Assembly (NCBI GenBank): GCA_044236565.1
Contig: JBIIGH010000001.1
Coordinates: forward strand, 1 to 44,498
Origin: Algoriphagus sp.
Lineage (GTDB): Bacteria > Bacteroidota > Bacteroidia > Cytophagales > Cyclobacteriaceae
Direction of reading: 5' to 3'
Length of the DNA: 44,498 bases
This document shows, piece by piece, positions 1-11,703 of the stretch. The notes under the pieces are model-generated. The model saw only the letters and a list, made by a program, of their open reading frames with translations, ran no database searches and was not told the DNA's origin. The position numbers and the translations under genes were made by a program. How positions within the stretch are numbered: the stretch's first letter is position 1; each line of letters starts with the position of its first letter.

Positions 1-1056
1 AAATCGGGCTGTAGCCAAGTAGGGGAATACACCCTACTTCCTATACCCCCACTCAGCTTACAAACGACCACTACCTTACAAGCGACTCAAGTTCCCCTAC
101 AGATTTCAGCACTCCTTCAAGCAAATGCCACAGGAGGAACTCCTCCCTACACCTACCGCTGGAGTACGGGCCAATCGACGTCTCAAATCACGGTGCTTGA
201 AAGTGGTGTTTATGGAATTGAGATCCTGGACAGCAAGGGCTGTAGCCAAGAAAGTGAATTTGCAGTGACAGTGCCGCTCCCGATGAACCTGTCTTTGCAA
301 GTAAATACGGTTCCCCTCTGTGAGGAGGGAGGGCAGGAGACCATCGTGCAACTCCAGCTTACGGATGGTTTGCCGCCTTACCAAATTACCTGGTCGAGAG
401 GTATTCCTTCCTCGGATGGAAGGGTGCTGGTCACCCGGGAATCAGGAGTCTTTGAAGTGGAAGTGAAGGATGCCCTAGGCCTCGTTGAAAAGCGATCGTT
501 CACCATCGCGCCTCGTCTTACCGGACCCCTGGACTTCAGCTACTTATTTGCGAGCCAAGCGGAATTTCAAGCTAACTTGGTCGGATTTGACGTAAACTTT
601 AGCCCGCAGGCCACCTGGCCTTTTATGGTTATTTCCTGGGACTTTGGAGACGGGAGCAGCAGCGCTGTGCTAAATCCAAGTCATCGCTATGCCAAGAAGG
701 GTACCTATTTGGTGACACTGACGGTATTGGATGATTCGGGCTGCTTGATCAAGGCCAGTCAAGAAATACAGGTCCTAGACTATTTTCTCGAAATACCGAA
801 TGTCTTCACCCCCAACGGTGACGAACTCAACGATACCTTCTTTCCCAAGTTTCGATTTGTCCGAAACCTGCAGCTGCAGGTGATGAACAAGTGGGGGGAA
901 CTGATTTACCGCTCTCATAGCCAAGAAGATCCGGGTTGGGATGGACTTGTCTCTGGCCAAAAAGCCCCTGAAGGGGTGTATGTGTACAAACTTCGCTACC
1001 AAGTTCCTGATGGTCGCACGATCACTTCTTCTTCCACCTTTCTTTTGGCCCGATGA
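1..1056 (+). CDS. T9SS type-B (gliding motility-associated C-terminal domain) substrate with SprB-like repeats and a PKD domain; 5'-truncated by the window edge
   Basis: Frame is open from base 1 (KSGCSQ...GGTPPYTYRWSTG); PKD motif WDFGDG...NPSHRY; C-terminal IPNVFTPNGDELNDTF...NKWG...WDG...GVYVY type-B CTD motif; overlaps the start of a porP/sprF-family gene. Confidence 0.9.
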   Translation, partial: KSGCSQVGEYTLLPIPPLSLQTTTTLQATQVPLQISALLQANATGGTPPYTYRWSTGQSTSQITVLESGVYGIEILDSKGCSQESEFAVTVPLPMNLSLQVNTVPLCEEGGQETIVQLQLTDGLPPYQITWSRGIPSSDGRVLVTRESGVFEVEVKDALGLVEKRSFTIAPRLTGPLDFSYLFASQAEFQANLVGFDVNFSPQATWPFMVISWDFGDGSSSAVLNPSHRYAKKGTYLVTLTVLDDSGCLIKASQEIQVLDYFLEIPNVFTPNGDELNDTFFPKFRFVRNLQLQVMNKWGELIYRSHSQEDPGWDGLVSGQKAPEGVYVYKLRYQVPDGRTITSSSTFLLAR

Positions 1057-2084
1057 ACAGGAACCTAAAATCCATCCTTCTGGCCCTCACGGCACTGCTT
1101 CTCTGCGTTCAGGGAAGGGCGCAGGATTTTCAATTTTCCCAGTTTTATGCTGCCCCACTTTATTTAAATCCAGCGCTGACAGGCATTAGCCAGGAAACGC
1201 GCATGGGTTCGGTGTACCGCAATCAGTGGCCAGGCCTTGACTACCAATTCACCGCCTTTACCGCCTACGTGGACCATTACAGCTTTGATTACAAAAGTGG
1301 GATGGGGCTTAGTGTAAGTTCCTTCTCTGAGGAGTTTTTGAAACTCAATACCACAGAAGTTTCAGGCTACTACGCCTACAATTTGCAGCTTTCTGAGCGT
1401 GCCAACTTTCAGCTTGGCACCCAGATTTCTTACATCCAAAAACGAGGAACACTGGAAAATCTGCTTTTTGGCGATCAGATCGATGTGTTTAACCAGACCA
1501 CTCTTCCCAGCTCTGCGGATGCAGTAGGGGGCTTGGAGCCCTTCAGCTATTTTTCTGTGGGCCTTGGAGGCGTGCTGACCTGGGACAAGCTCTGGGTAGG
1601 TATTTCTGGGCACCACTTGAATCGACCGAATATGGCTTTTTATGTCCGCGACGGGCAAACGCAACATTGGCCCAAATACTCCCTTCAAGCAGGCTACACG
1701 ATACCCCTTGAGGAGCCGGAGTTTTGGGAGGAAGGCTCCGGGAAATTTGTGCACTTCATGGCCAACTACAAGCGCCAAGGCCCCTTCCAATTTGTAGACG
1801 CTGGTGTGCAGGTACTGCTCAACCAGCTCGTAGTAGGCGCAGGCCTTCGCGGGATGCCTATCCAATCGGACTTGCCCAAGCGGGAGTCGGTCATTGGACT
1901 TTTTGGGCTCAACCTGTCTTCTGGCTTGGCGGTGGGCTACAGTTACGATTACCCGATTTCGGATGTTGGTTCCCAGACGCTTGGTTCCCACGAACTGAGT
2001 TTGCGCTACCAATTTTTTTACGGCACCCCCAAGTCTCGCGGACAGCGCTCTCGCGTACTTCCCTGCTTTTCGTACCTCAGGTGA
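1053..2084 (+). CDS. PorP/SprF family type IX secretion system membrane protein
   Basis: Signal peptide followed by QDFQFSQFYAAPLYLNPALTG, YRNQW, GYSYD and GSHELSLRY, the family signature; ATGA overlap with the upstream type-B substrate. Confidence 0.92.
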   Translation: MNRNLKSILLALTALLLCVQGRAQDFQFSQFYAAPLYLNPALTGISQETRMGSVYRNQWPGLDYQFTAFTAYVDHYSFDYKSGMGLSVSSFSEEFLKLNTTEVSGYYAYNLQLSERANFQLGTQISYIQKRGTLENLLFGDQIDVFNQTTLPSSADAVGGLEPFSYFSVGLGGVLTWDKLWVGISGHHLNRPNMAFYVRDGQTQHWPKYSLQAGYTIPLEEPEFWEEGSGKFVHFMANYKRQGPFQFVDAGVQVLLNQLVVGAGLRGMPIQSDLPKRESVIGLFGLNLSSGLAVGYSYDYPISDVGSQTLGSHELSLRYQFFYGTPKSRGQRSRVLPCFSYLR

Positions 2085-2142
2085 TTTTTTCCTAGCGATT
2101 TAGCTACTTGTTCCCGGTTGGCGGCTTTACCTAGGATTGTTG

Positions 2143-2150
2143 TACCTTTG
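2143..2150 (+). promoter_or_regulatory. Bacteroidota sigma70 -7 promoter element (TAnnTTTG)
   Basis: TACCTTTG 17 nt upstream of the ATG at 2168. Confidence 0.6.
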
Positions 2151-2167
2151 CCACAGAAATTTGATTT

Positions 2168-3355
2168 ATGAAGTTACATAACAATACCATCAGAGGCGTT
2201 CACACAGCCTTGGAAGCCATATTTGAACAAGGACAGTATGCGGACAAAGTCATTGAACGCACGCTAAAGTCCAATCCCAAGTGGGGTGCAAAGGACCGTT
2301 CCTTCATTGCGGAGACGACTTACGAGATGGTGCGCTGGTGGAGATTGGTCAATTTTCTCAGCCCCTCCAAGGATCCTTGGGATCTCTTTGGTACCTACTG
2401 GCTGATGCAGGGAAATGAGCTCCCCTCTTGGGATGAATTTGCCCGCCTGCAACCCGAAAAAATCAAATCCAAATACGATTCCATTACCGATCCAGGTCTA
2501 TTGGAATCCATACCCGCATGGCTTCAAACGCTCGGTTCCCAAGAATTGGGCGAGAAGTGGGAAGCTGAAATCCACGCCCTCAATGAGGAAGCGGAAGTGG
2601 TCTTGCGTGTCAATACGCTAAAAACTACCCGTGAGCGTCTCAAAAATCTACTGGAAGCGGATGGCATCCGAAGTTACTTGGTCAAGGGCTACCCAGACGC
2701 CTTGGTACTCGAGGAGCGCCAAAATGTGTTTCGCCATCCTTCCTTCAAGGAGGGCTTGTTTGAGGTTCAAGATGCCAGTTCCCAGTTGGTAGCCGCCGCA
2801 CTCCAGGTAGCACCAGGCATGCGGGTCATTGACGCTTGTGCGGGTGCCGGAGGGAAGTCCCTTCACCTTGCTGCGCTAATGGGCAATAAGGGCAAGGTGA
2901 TCTCCATGGATGTGGAAGAGTGGAAGTTGCAGCAGGCAAAGCTTCGAGCACGGAGAAATGGAGTTTCCATCTTTGAACCCAAAATCATTGAAGGTTCCAA
3001 AACCATCAAGCGCCTCAAAGAATCAGCCGATCGATTGTTGTTGGATGTGCCTTGCTCCGGATTGGGGGTGCTGCGCAGAAACCCAGACACGAAGTGGAAG
3101 CTCTCTGCAGAATCCATCGCGAAGGTTCAAGTCACCCAACAGGAAATTCTTCAAAGCTATCCCTCCATGTTGAAAAAGGGAGGCCAATTGGTTTATGCTA
3201 CCTGCAGTGTACTTTCTTCGGAAAATGAGGAGCAGATCAAGAAATTTTTGGCGAGCGAAGCAGGCAAAGACTTTGAATTGATTGAAGACCGCAAAGTGCT
3301 CGCCCAAGAAAGTGGATTTGATGGGTTTTATATTGCACGGTTGTTGAAGAAGTAG
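2168..3355 (+). CDS. RsmB/NOP family class I SAM-dependent RNA (cytosine-C5) methyltransferase
   Basis: FEVQDASSQ, DACAGAGGKS, DVPCSGLG.LRRNPD and YATCS motifs. Confidence 0.92.
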   Translation: MKLHNNTIRGVHTALEAIFEQGQYADKVIERTLKSNPKWGAKDRSFIAETTYEMVRWWRLVNFLSPSKDPWDLFGTYWLMQGNELPSWDEFARLQPEKIKSKYDSITDPGLLESIPAWLQTLGSQELGEKWEAEIHALNEEAEVVLRVNTLKTTRERLKNLLEADGIRSYLVKGYPDALVLEERQNVFRHPSFKEGLFEVQDASSQLVAAALQVAPGMRVIDACAGAGGKSLHLAALMGNKGKVISMDVEEWKLQQAKLRARRNGVSIFEPKIIEGSKTIKRLKESADRLLLDVPCSGLGVLRRNPDTKWKLSAESIAKVQVTQQEILQSYPSMLKKGGQLVYATCSVLSSENEEQIKKFLASEAGKDFELIEDRKVLAQESGFDGFYIARLLKK

Positions 3356-3358
3356 GGG

Positions 3359-3539
3359 ATTGTACGAAGTACTAAGTACAATGTACCAAGACGATTAGAA
3401 CCAAGAACCAAGAGATTAGACTTACTATTCTACTACTAGGAATTTCTTGCTAATCAGGAGCAGCATTCGTCTTGGCTCTTGTGTCTCGGCTCTTACTTCT
3501 AAAGGATCTTTGTACTTCGTACTTGGTACCTTGTACAAT
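3359..3539. repeat. Imperfect inverted repeat with heptamer-periodic arms (GTACNAA units plus AAGAACC/GGCTCTT units)
   Basis: Left ATTGTACGAAGTACTAAGTACAATGTACCAAG versus reverse complement of right ATTGTACAAGGTACCAAGTACGAAGTACAAA; inner arms AGAACCAAGAACCAAGAG / GTCTTGGCTCTTGTGTCTCGGCTCTT. Confidence 0.8.
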
Positions 3540-3582
3540 AATATATTTTTGACATTTCTAGTAATCCAACACAAATTCCATG

Positions 3583-3590
3583 TAACTTTG
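3583..3590 (+). promoter_or_regulatory. TAnnTTTG -7 promoter element for guaB
   Basis: TAACTTTG 36 nt upstream of the guaB ATG. Confidence 0.55.
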
Positions 3591-3602
3591 ACGGGCAAAT
3601 AG

Positions 3603-5105
<1,503 letters not shown>

Positions 5106-5110
5106 GCAAG

Positions 5111-5142
5111 GGAAACCGGTCTAAAAGCCGGTTTCTTTTTTT
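5111..5142 (+). terminator. Rho-independent terminator after guaB
   Basis: GAAACCGG-loop-CCGGTTTC followed by a T run. Confidence 0.8.
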
Positions 5143-5192
5143 ATTTTTGTTTCATCCGCTTACAAAAAGCGATTTTGCCCTGTCCAGCCTCT

Positions 5193-6245
5193 ATGTTTTC
5201 TACGGTGTACAAAAAGATTATCAAACCCCTCCTTTTTCTACTGCAGCCCGAAACTGCCCATCACTTTACCTTTGGGATGATCAAATGGTCCTTTAACTTT
5301 CCCTTGCTGAAGCCGGTTGTTTCTTCGCTATTCAAATTGGAGGATCCAAGCTTGCAACGGGAAGTATTTGGTTTGAAATTTTCAAACCCTGTTGGCTTGG
5401 CTGCAGGCTTTGACAAGGACGCAAAATTGATTGATGAGATGGCCATGCTGGGTTTTGGTTTTATTGAAATCGGCACACTCACCCCGAAGCCCCAAGAAGG
5501 CAATCCCTTGCCTCGACTTTTTCGCTTGCCTGAAGACGAGGCCCTGATCAACCGCATGGGATTTAACAATGGTGGCGTACTGGGAGCCATCGACCGGCTC
5601 AAAAAAAGAAAATCTTCTGTTATTGTGGGTGGCAACATCGGCAAAAACAAGGTGACTCCAAATGAGCAAGCGCTTTCTGACTACTTGTATTGCCTCGAAG
5701 CGCTGCATCCCTACGTAGACTATTTTGTGGTGAATGTAAGTTCCCCCAATACACCCAACCTACGCGACCTCCAGGAAAAGGAACCCTTGAAAAAGTTACT
5801 GCTAGGAGTCAAAGAAGCCAATGCAAAGCACCCGCATCCTAAGCCCATCCTACTCAAGATCGCCCCAGATCTGAGCAATGGACAGCTTGACGACATCATT
5901 GAGATTGTACGAGAAACGCAAATTGAAGGTGTCATCGCCACCAATACCACGCTGGATCGCTCCAATTTAAGTACAGACTCCACAAACCTCGAACGTATCG
6001 GTGCCGGTGGAGTGAGTGGAAAGGCCTTGGAAAAAAGAAGTACGGAAGTGATCCGCTACCTCCATCAGCAGTCGGGAGGAGCCTTCCCCATCGTTGGGGT
6101 GGGAGGGATTTTCTCCGCAAAAGATGCAATCGAGAAGCTGGAAGCGGGCGCAAGCCTAGTTCAAGTATACTCGGGCATGATTTATGAGGGACCCAACTTG
6201 ATCAAAGAAATCAAGAAGGGCCTACAGCTATATTTCGCAAAGTAA
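5193..6245 (+). CDS. pyrD: Quinone-dependent dihydroorotate dehydrogenase (start may be GTG at 5205)
   Basis: [45 protein letters not shown]. Confidence 0.96.
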   Translation: MFSTVYKKIIKPLLFLLQPETAHHFTFGMIKWSFNFPLLKPVVSSLFKLEDPSLQREVFGLKFSNPVGLAAGFDKDAKLIDEMAMLGFGFIEIGTLTPKPQEGNPLPRLFRLPEDEALINRMGFNNGGVLGAIDRLKKRKSSVIVGGNIGKNKVTPNEQALSDYLYCLEALHPYVDYFVVNVSSPNTPNLRDLQEKEPLKKLLLGVKEANAKHPHPKPILLKIAPDLSNGQLDDIIEIVRETQIEGVIATNTTLDRSNLSTDSTNLERIGAGGVSGKALEKRSTEVIRYLHQQSGGAFPIVGVGGIFSAKDAIEKLEAGASLVQVYSGMIYEGPNLIKEIKKGLQLYFAK

Positions 6246-6298
6246 GTTGGCATTCTTGACACTTTTGGCTAACATTAACCTTCGTATTTTATTTTCAA

Positions 6299-8815
6299 AT
6301 GGCATCCGAATCACCCAAGACCAATACGTTTCGAAAGAAAGCTGAAAACGCGCCCAAGGCGAGTCCGGAGCCTAAAAAGCCTGCTTTCTCGGTTGGGAAA
6401 ATAGAAACCAAACAGGTGGGCATCACCTTCGGTATTATTTTGATTTCGATCAGTATTTTTCTGGGAGTCGCTTTTGCCTCCTACTTGATGAACGGGCCAC
6501 AGGATCAGAGTCTGGTCATGAACAATGCAGACCAATCGATCCGGGATGCGGCCAAAGAATCTAAAAATTGGTTGGGATACTTAGGTTCTCAAGCGGCCCA
6601 TTGGATGATTTTCCGTTGGTTCGGGGTAGCAGCTTTCCTTTTTCCCCCCTTCTTATTTCTAATTGGCTTTCGTTGGACCTTTCAGGTTTCGCTCTATTCA
6701 CTTACCCGCTATGCGGTATTTGCCTTGTTTTTTGCAGCATGGATCGGTTTGGTCACTGGCTATGCAGGGATCTTGATCGAAGGATATTCCTATTGGAGCT
6801 TTGCTTCGGGGGGATTGGGCTATGAACTTGCGAAGCTTTCCTATGACTTTTTGGGAATGGGTACCTGGTTGCTGATTTTCGGTACCCTATTCATTTTCAT
6901 CGTGTTGTTTTATGGGATACAGCAACTGAATTGGTTTCCACCCAAGGCCAAGCCTGCAGATGAATTAGAACTCGACGAGGATTCCAACTCGAGCATTCCT
7001 TCTCCATTTTTTGGCGCAGCCGATGAAGAAGAGATTGAGGACGATGGTAGTGCTTGGGAGGTCAAGTCCGACGATCCTGAATTGCCTATGGCAGGGGATA
7101 AAGTGGACTTTAGTTTGGTAGAAGAACCAGCGCCTATTCCAGCCCCTCCACTGCAATTACCAGATGACCTTGAAGAAGATCTTTTTGATGTACCGCAAGT
7201 GAATTTGCTTGAAGGAGAAAAAGAGGGGTCGGTTGTTCTCAAAGAAGGAAATTTCACTGTAAAAAAAGGGCCAGAGGAAGAAAAAACTGTGGACGAGGTA
7301 GAAAATCTGGATCCCTACGATCCTACACTAGACCTACCCCGATACAAGTACCCAACGATAGACTTGCTCAACGAATACGATGTCAAGAAAGTCACAGTTT
7401 CCCGTCAGGAACTCGAGGAAAACAAGGACAAGATCGTGACTACCTTGGAGAACTTCCAGATTGGTATCCAAGGAATCCAGGCGACCATCGGACCTACGGT
7501 GACCTTGTACGAGATTATCCCGAATCCCGGGGTGAAAATCTCCAAGATCAAAAACCTGGAAGATGACATCGCCTTGAGTTTGGCGGCCTTAGGAATCCGT
7601 ATCATCGCTCCTATTCCGGGTAAAGGAACAATTGGTATCGAGGTGCCCAACAAGAATCGAGAATTGGTGCCGGCTCGCGCTGTGCTGGGCACTGAAAAAT
7701 TCATGAAGTCCGACAAGGACTTACCCATTGCCTTAGGAAAAACGATCTCCAACGAAGTTTTTGTAGCTGATCTAGCCAAAATGCCTCACTTGCTGATGGC
7801 AGGAGCCACCGGACAAGGAAAGTCAGTTGGCCTTAACATGATTTTGGCCTCTTTGATTTACAAGAAGCACCCCTCTCAACTGAAGTTTGTCTTGGTGGAT
7901 CCCAAGAAGGTGGAATTGACCTTGTTCAACAAGATTGAACGGCATTTTCTTGCCAAGCTTCCTGGCGCAGAGGAAGCAATCATCACGGATACCAAGAAAG
8001 TAATTCATACGCTCAACTCCTTGTGTATGGAGATGGACAACCGCTATACTTTGCTCAAGGAAGCGGGGGTACGGAATTTGAAGGAATACAATGCCAAGTT
8101 TGTGGCTCGGAAACTGAACCCCGAAAAAGGACATTATTTTATGCCCTACATCGTGCTGGTGATTGACGAGTTGGCGGATTTGATGATGACTGCAGGCAAA
8201 GAGATCGAAGCGCCTATTGCGCGCTTGGCACAGCTCGCTCGAGCCATTGGCATTCACTTGGTGGTCGCTACGCAGCGTCCTTCGGTGAATGTGATCACAG
8301 GCGTGATTAAGGCCAACTTCCCCGCCCGACTATCGTTTCGTGTGACCTCCAAAATTGACTCGCGCACCATTTTGGATGCAGGCGGAGCAGATCAATTGAT
8401 CGGAATGGGGGACATGCTCCTATCTGTCGGATCTGAAATGACTCGTATCCAATGCGCCTTCCTAGATACCCCAGAAGTGGATGCAGTCTGCGATTGGATT
8501 GGGGAACAAAAAGGCTATTCCTCGGCTTACCTACTACCAGAATATGTTGGGGAAGATGGGGAAGGCTCAGGGATGGACATCGACTTGTCTGATCGTGACC
8601 CATTATTTGACGAGGCGGCACGTTTGATCGTTCTGCACCAGCAGGGCAGCACCTCCTTGATCCAGCGCAAGCTGAAGTTGGGATACAACCGTGCCGGCAG
8701 AATCGTCGATCAGTTGGAAGCTGCAGGAGTGGTGGGACCTTTTGAAGGATCCAAAGCGCGTGAGGTTTTAATTCAGGACGAAGTAAGTTTGGAACGGTTA
8801 TTGAGTAGTTTGTAA
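6299..8815 (+). CDS. ftsK: DNA translocase FtsK
   Basis: N-terminal TM segments, acidic linker, Walker A GATGQGKS, IDELADLMM, ATQRPS, gamma domain LIQRKLKLGYNRAGRIVDQLE. Confidence 0.97.
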   Translation: MASESPKTNTFRKKAENAPKASPEPKKPAFSVGKIETKQVGITFGIILISISIFLGVAFASYLMNGPQDQSLVMNNADQSIRDAAKESKNWLGYLGSQAAHWMIFRWFGVAAFLFPPFLFLIGFRWTFQVSLYSLTRYAVFALFFAAWIGLVTGYAGILIEGYSYWSFASGGLGYELAKLSYDFLGMGTWLLIFGTLFIFIVLFYGIQQLNWFPPKAKPADELELDEDSNSSIPSPFFGAADEEEIEDDGSAWEVKSDDPELPMAGDKVDFSLVEEPAPIPAPPLQLPDDLEEDLFDVPQVNLLEGEKEGSVVLKEGNFTVKKGPEEEKTVDEVENLDPYDPTLDLPRYKYPTIDLLNEYDVKKVTVSRQELEENKDKIVTTLENFQIGIQGIQATIGPTVTLYEIIPNPGVKISKIKNLEDDIALSLAALGIRIIAPIPGKGTIGIEVPNKNRELVPARAVLGTEKFMKSDKDLPIALGKTISNEVFVADLAKMPHLLMAGATGQGKSVGLNMILASLIYKKHPSQLKFVLVDPKKVELTLFNKIERHFLAKLPGAEEAIITDTKKVIHTLNSLCMEMDNRYTLLKEAGVRNLKEYNAKFVARKLNPEKGHYFMPYIVLVIDELADLMMTAGKEIEAPIARLAQLARAIGIHLVVATQRPSVNVITGVIKANFPARLSFRVTSKIDSRTILDAGGADQLIGMGDMLLSVGSEMTRIQCAFLDTPEVDAVCDWIGEQKGYSSAYLLPEYVGEDGEGSGMDIDLSDRDPLFDEAARLIVLHQQGSTSLIQRKLKLGYNRAGRIVDQLEAAGVVGPFEGSKAREVLIQDEVSLERLLSSL

Positions 8816-8846
8816 GCGATGCCTTACGGATTACGGCAGACCTTCC

Positions 8847-9500
8847 ATGAAATTTAAATTTCTTTTTTTTGCATTTTTAGCTTCCTGCTTCCTCGCGGCA
8901 CCTAGCCAAGCTCAAAAAGACCCCAAGGCGAAAGTAGTGTTGGATGCCATGAGCCAAAAATTTCAAAGCATGAAGGGTTTTACCGCAAGCTTTGAATACA
9001 CCTTCCAAGATGAAGGAGGAGCAGGTGACCGGCAAACCGGAGAGGTAGCGGTCCTAGGCGATAAGTACCGTCTCAAACTTCCAGATCAAGAGATTTATAA
9101 CGACGGCAAGACGGTGTGGACCTTTATCCAAACAGCAGGATACAAGGAAGTAACGATCAACGATGCTGCCGGGATGGAGGGAGAATTGACCCCTTCCAAC
9201 ATCTATACCCTGTACCAATCTGGATTTAACTACAAGCTTTTGGCAGACAAAACCTACCAAGGGAAGCCCATTTCCACGGTAGAATTGACTGCATTAAAAT
9301 CCAATGCCCCTTTCAAGCAGGTTCGCCTGCTCGTAGAAAAAGCGACGCAGCAGCTGTTGGGCTGGGAAATGCTGGATGGGCAGGGAGGCGTTTTTACTTA
9401 TTCGTTTAAAAATCTCAAAGCATCCCCAAGCCTTCCGTTGAGCTACTTTATGTTTGATGTGAAAAAATATCCAGGCATAGAAGTGATCGACCTGCGATAA
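8847..9500 (+). CDS. lolA: Outer membrane lipoprotein carrier protein LolA family
   Basis: Signal peptide, DGKTVWTF motif, C-terminal EVIDLR; usual position downstream of ftsK. Confidence 0.85.
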   Translation: MKFKFLFFAFLASCFLAAPSQAQKDPKAKVVLDAMSQKFQSMKGFTASFEYTFQDEGGAGDRQTGEVAVLGDKYRLKLPDQEIYNDGKTVWTFIQTAGYKEVTINDAAGMEGELTPSNIYTLYQSGFNYKLLADKTYQGKPISTVELTALKSNAPFKQVRLLVEKATQQLLGWEMLDGQGGVFTYSFKNLKASPSLPLSYFMFDVKKYPGIEVIDLR

Positions 9501-9527
9501 GGGTTGAAAAGCGATTTAATTTAGATT

Positions 9528-10058
9528 TCAACTCCCTTTTTCCACCTTTTCAAGAAGTTCTTGGCCTGCTTCCTTTACAGTGGGTAAAATTGGACCTAAG
9601 ATTTCTAAAACTCCCGGAGTAAGCGGCTTGAGGTAGGACAAGTACTCACTTTTTTTCTCCCAATCTTTAAAGACATCTAGCTCGATTCTACCCAAAACCC
9701 ATACGAGTAGGCTGATAAAAAATCCGGTTCGAACGATACCGAGTACAGCTCCTCCCAAACTATCGAGCCCACCCAAGAGCACCAGGGCCATCATTTTTTT
9801 GAGCGCCTTACCGGCAAGGTTGGCTAAGAAAAGGGTGGAGAAAAAAATCAGTAAAAATGCAAGGATGGGTAAGCCAAAAGCCGATTGATCTGTTTCGGTA
9901 GCCAGCCAGTTACTTACCCCTTCCATAAAATAAACTCCCAGCACGATAGCCAATACAAAGCCAAGCAGGCCGATAATACTCATCAGCAGGCCTTTTTTGT
10001 AACCCTCATAGGCTCCTAAGCCCAAAAGGAGAAGGATGACTACGTCTACCGGTTCCAA
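9528..10058 (-). CDS. CvpA family (colicin V production) membrane protein
   Basis: D.VILLLLGLGAYEGYKKGL and LGGLDSLGGAVLG motifs; hydrophobic; TTG start. Confidence 0.85.
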   Translation of the reverse strand: MEPVDVVILLLLGLGAYEGYKKGLLMSIIGLLGFVLAIVLGVYFMEGVSNWLATETDQSAFGLPILAFLLIFFSTLFLANLAGKALKKMMALVLLGGLDSLGGAVLGIVRTGFFISLLVWVLGRIELDVFKDWEKKSEYLSYLKPLTPGVLEILGPILPTVKEAGQELLEKVEKGS

Positions 10059-10059
10059 T

Positions 10060-10512
10060 TTAATTTGCCAATAGGAGTTTGACCTGCTCCGAAATCGACT
10101 TGCCGTCTGCTTTTCCGGCCAACTCTTTGCTCGCCAATCCCATTACTTTACCCATATCCTTGGGTCCAGTAGCTCCAGAGCTCGCAATGATAGCTTGAAT
10201 TGCTTGTACCAGTTCCTCCGTAGACAAGGCCTTCGGCAAAAACTCCTGAATCACCGCCAACTCGGCCAATTCCACTTCTAGGAGGTCGGCACGATTTTGC
10301 TTTTCGTAGATTTCAGCAGAATCTTTTCGCTGTTTTGCTGATTTGGTGAGCAACTTTAGCTCGTCTTCCTCACTCATGGTACCGGAGAAACCTTCCTTCG
10401 TTTCTTCCAATAAAATCAGGGATTTGATGGAGCGAAGGGCGGTTAGACGCACCTTGTCCTTGGCGATCATTGCCGATTTTATTTCACTTTCTATTCGCTG
10501 CTTTAAAGCCAT
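10060..10512 (-). CDS. GatB/YqeY domain-containing protein
   Basis: [19 protein letters not shown]...LRSIKS...KQRKDS...KDMGKVMG...GKADGK; start revised to ATG at 10512. Confidence 0.92.
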   Translation of the reverse strand: MALKQRIESEIKSAMIAKDKVRLTALRSIKSLILLEETKEGFSGTMSEEDELKLLTKSAKQRKDSAEIYEKQNRADLLEVELAELAVIQEFLPKALSTEELVQAIQAIIASSGATGPKDMGKVMGLASKELAGKADGKSISEQVKLLLAN

Positions 10513-10573
10513 AAGTTCTAGTTTTGTGTTATACCAGTACAACAACGTAAAAATACCCTTTTTTGGTGCTGAA

Positions 10574-11290
10574 ATGACAAAGCTAAGTGTAAATATCAAC
10601 AAGATTGCCACCATCCGAAATGCCCGAGGAGCCAATAATCCCAATGTGGTCAAAGTGGCCTTGGACTGCGAACGGTTTGGAGCACAGGGGATCACCGTGC
10701 ATCCGCGCCCAGATGAGCGGCATATTCGCTACCAAGATGTGTTGGACTTGGCCCAGGTAGTGCGTACCGAATTCAATATTGAAGGCTATCCTGATGGACG
10801 ATTTATGGAGCTTATCCGAACCGTGAAGCCTGCTCAAGCCACCTTAGTTCCTGATCCTCCCACAGCCATTACTTCCAATACCGGTTGGGATACGATTCAG
10901 CATCAAGCAATGCTTCGGGATATCGTCGCGGAGCTTCATGAGATCGGTACCCGAGTGTCTATTTTTATCAATCCAGAGGTCAAGTATTTTGAGCCAGCCA
11001 AGGATACTGGCACAGACCGGGTAGAGTTGTATACCGAACCTTATGCATCGAGTTATCCTTTAGACCGGGAAAAAGCCGTGCAGCCCTATGTGGAGGTGGC
11101 CAAGCTAGCTACCGAACTCGGTTTGGGACTCAATGCGGGCCATGACTTGGACTTGCACAACCTAGCCTACCTCAAGCAGCACATCCCGCAGCTGGAAGAG
11201 GTGTCGATAGGTCATGCGCTGATCTGTGATGCGCTCTATTACGGTTTGGAAAACACGATACAGTTGTATCGCAGGCAGCTTGAACTGTAA
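10574..11290 (+). CDS. pdxJ: Pyridoxine 5'-phosphate synthase
   Basis: [46 protein letters not shown]; start revised to ATG at 10574. Confidence 0.97.
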   Translation: MTKLSVNINKIATIRNARGANNPNVVKVALDCERFGAQGITVHPRPDERHIRYQDVLDLAQVVRTEFNIEGYPDGRFMELIRTVKPAQATLVPDPPTAITSNTGWDTIQHQAMLRDIVAELHEIGTRVSIFINPEVKYFEPAKDTGTDRVELYTEPYASSYPLDREKAVQPYVEVAKLATELGLGLNAGHDLDLHNLAYLKQHIPQLEEVSIGHALICDALYYGLENTIQLYRRQLEL

Positions 11291-11297
11291 TTTTTTT

Positions 11298-11650
11298 GTC
11301 AACGGTCGACGGTCAACAGTCCACAGTAAATTGTGCTTTGATGATGGAAAACGTATTAAAAAATTGATTCTAACTTCCATCCCACAGCGAATCGGCTGTC
11401 GACAGTGGACTGTCAACCGTTGACCAAAATGTCCACAGTAAATTGTGCTTTGATTATAAAAAACGTATTAAAAAATTGATTCTAACATCCGTTTCAAAAC
11501 GAACTGGCTGTCGACAGTGGACCGTCAACCGTTGACCAAATATCAACAGCAAATTGTGCTTTGATTATAAAAAACGTATTAAAGGATTGATTCTAACTTC
11601 CATCCCACAGCGAATCGGCTGTCGACAGTGGACTGTCAACCGTTGACCAA
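11298..11650. repeat. Three tandem ~111-112 bp repeat units with heptamer-periodic inverted arms
   Basis: Units start at about 11319, 11431 and 11542; each ends GGCTGTCGACAGTGGAC(T/C)GTCAACCGTTGACC; the leading arm GTCAACGGTCGACGGTCAACAGTCCACAG is its inverse. Confidence 0.92.
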
Positions 11651-11703
11651 AAATTAAAAACAAATTCAATTTTTTTATTTTTTAACATTTTTACATCTAG
11701 GAT

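Noticed and set aside
10343-10695. Apparent long overlap between pdxJ and yqeY ORFs
   Set aside because: Artefact of upstream alternative starts; the family-typical starts at 10574 and 10512 leave a normal divergent gap
11162-11423. Short ORFs 11162-11416(-) and 11226-11423(+)
   Set aside because: They overlap pdxJ and are translations of heptamer repeats (STVHS, WTVDR); no coding evidence
11298-11650. CRISPR array interpretation (~32-nt conserved arm plus ~80-nt interval)
   Set aside because: The intervals are near-copies of each other rather than unique spacers, they are too long, and no cas genes are in the window
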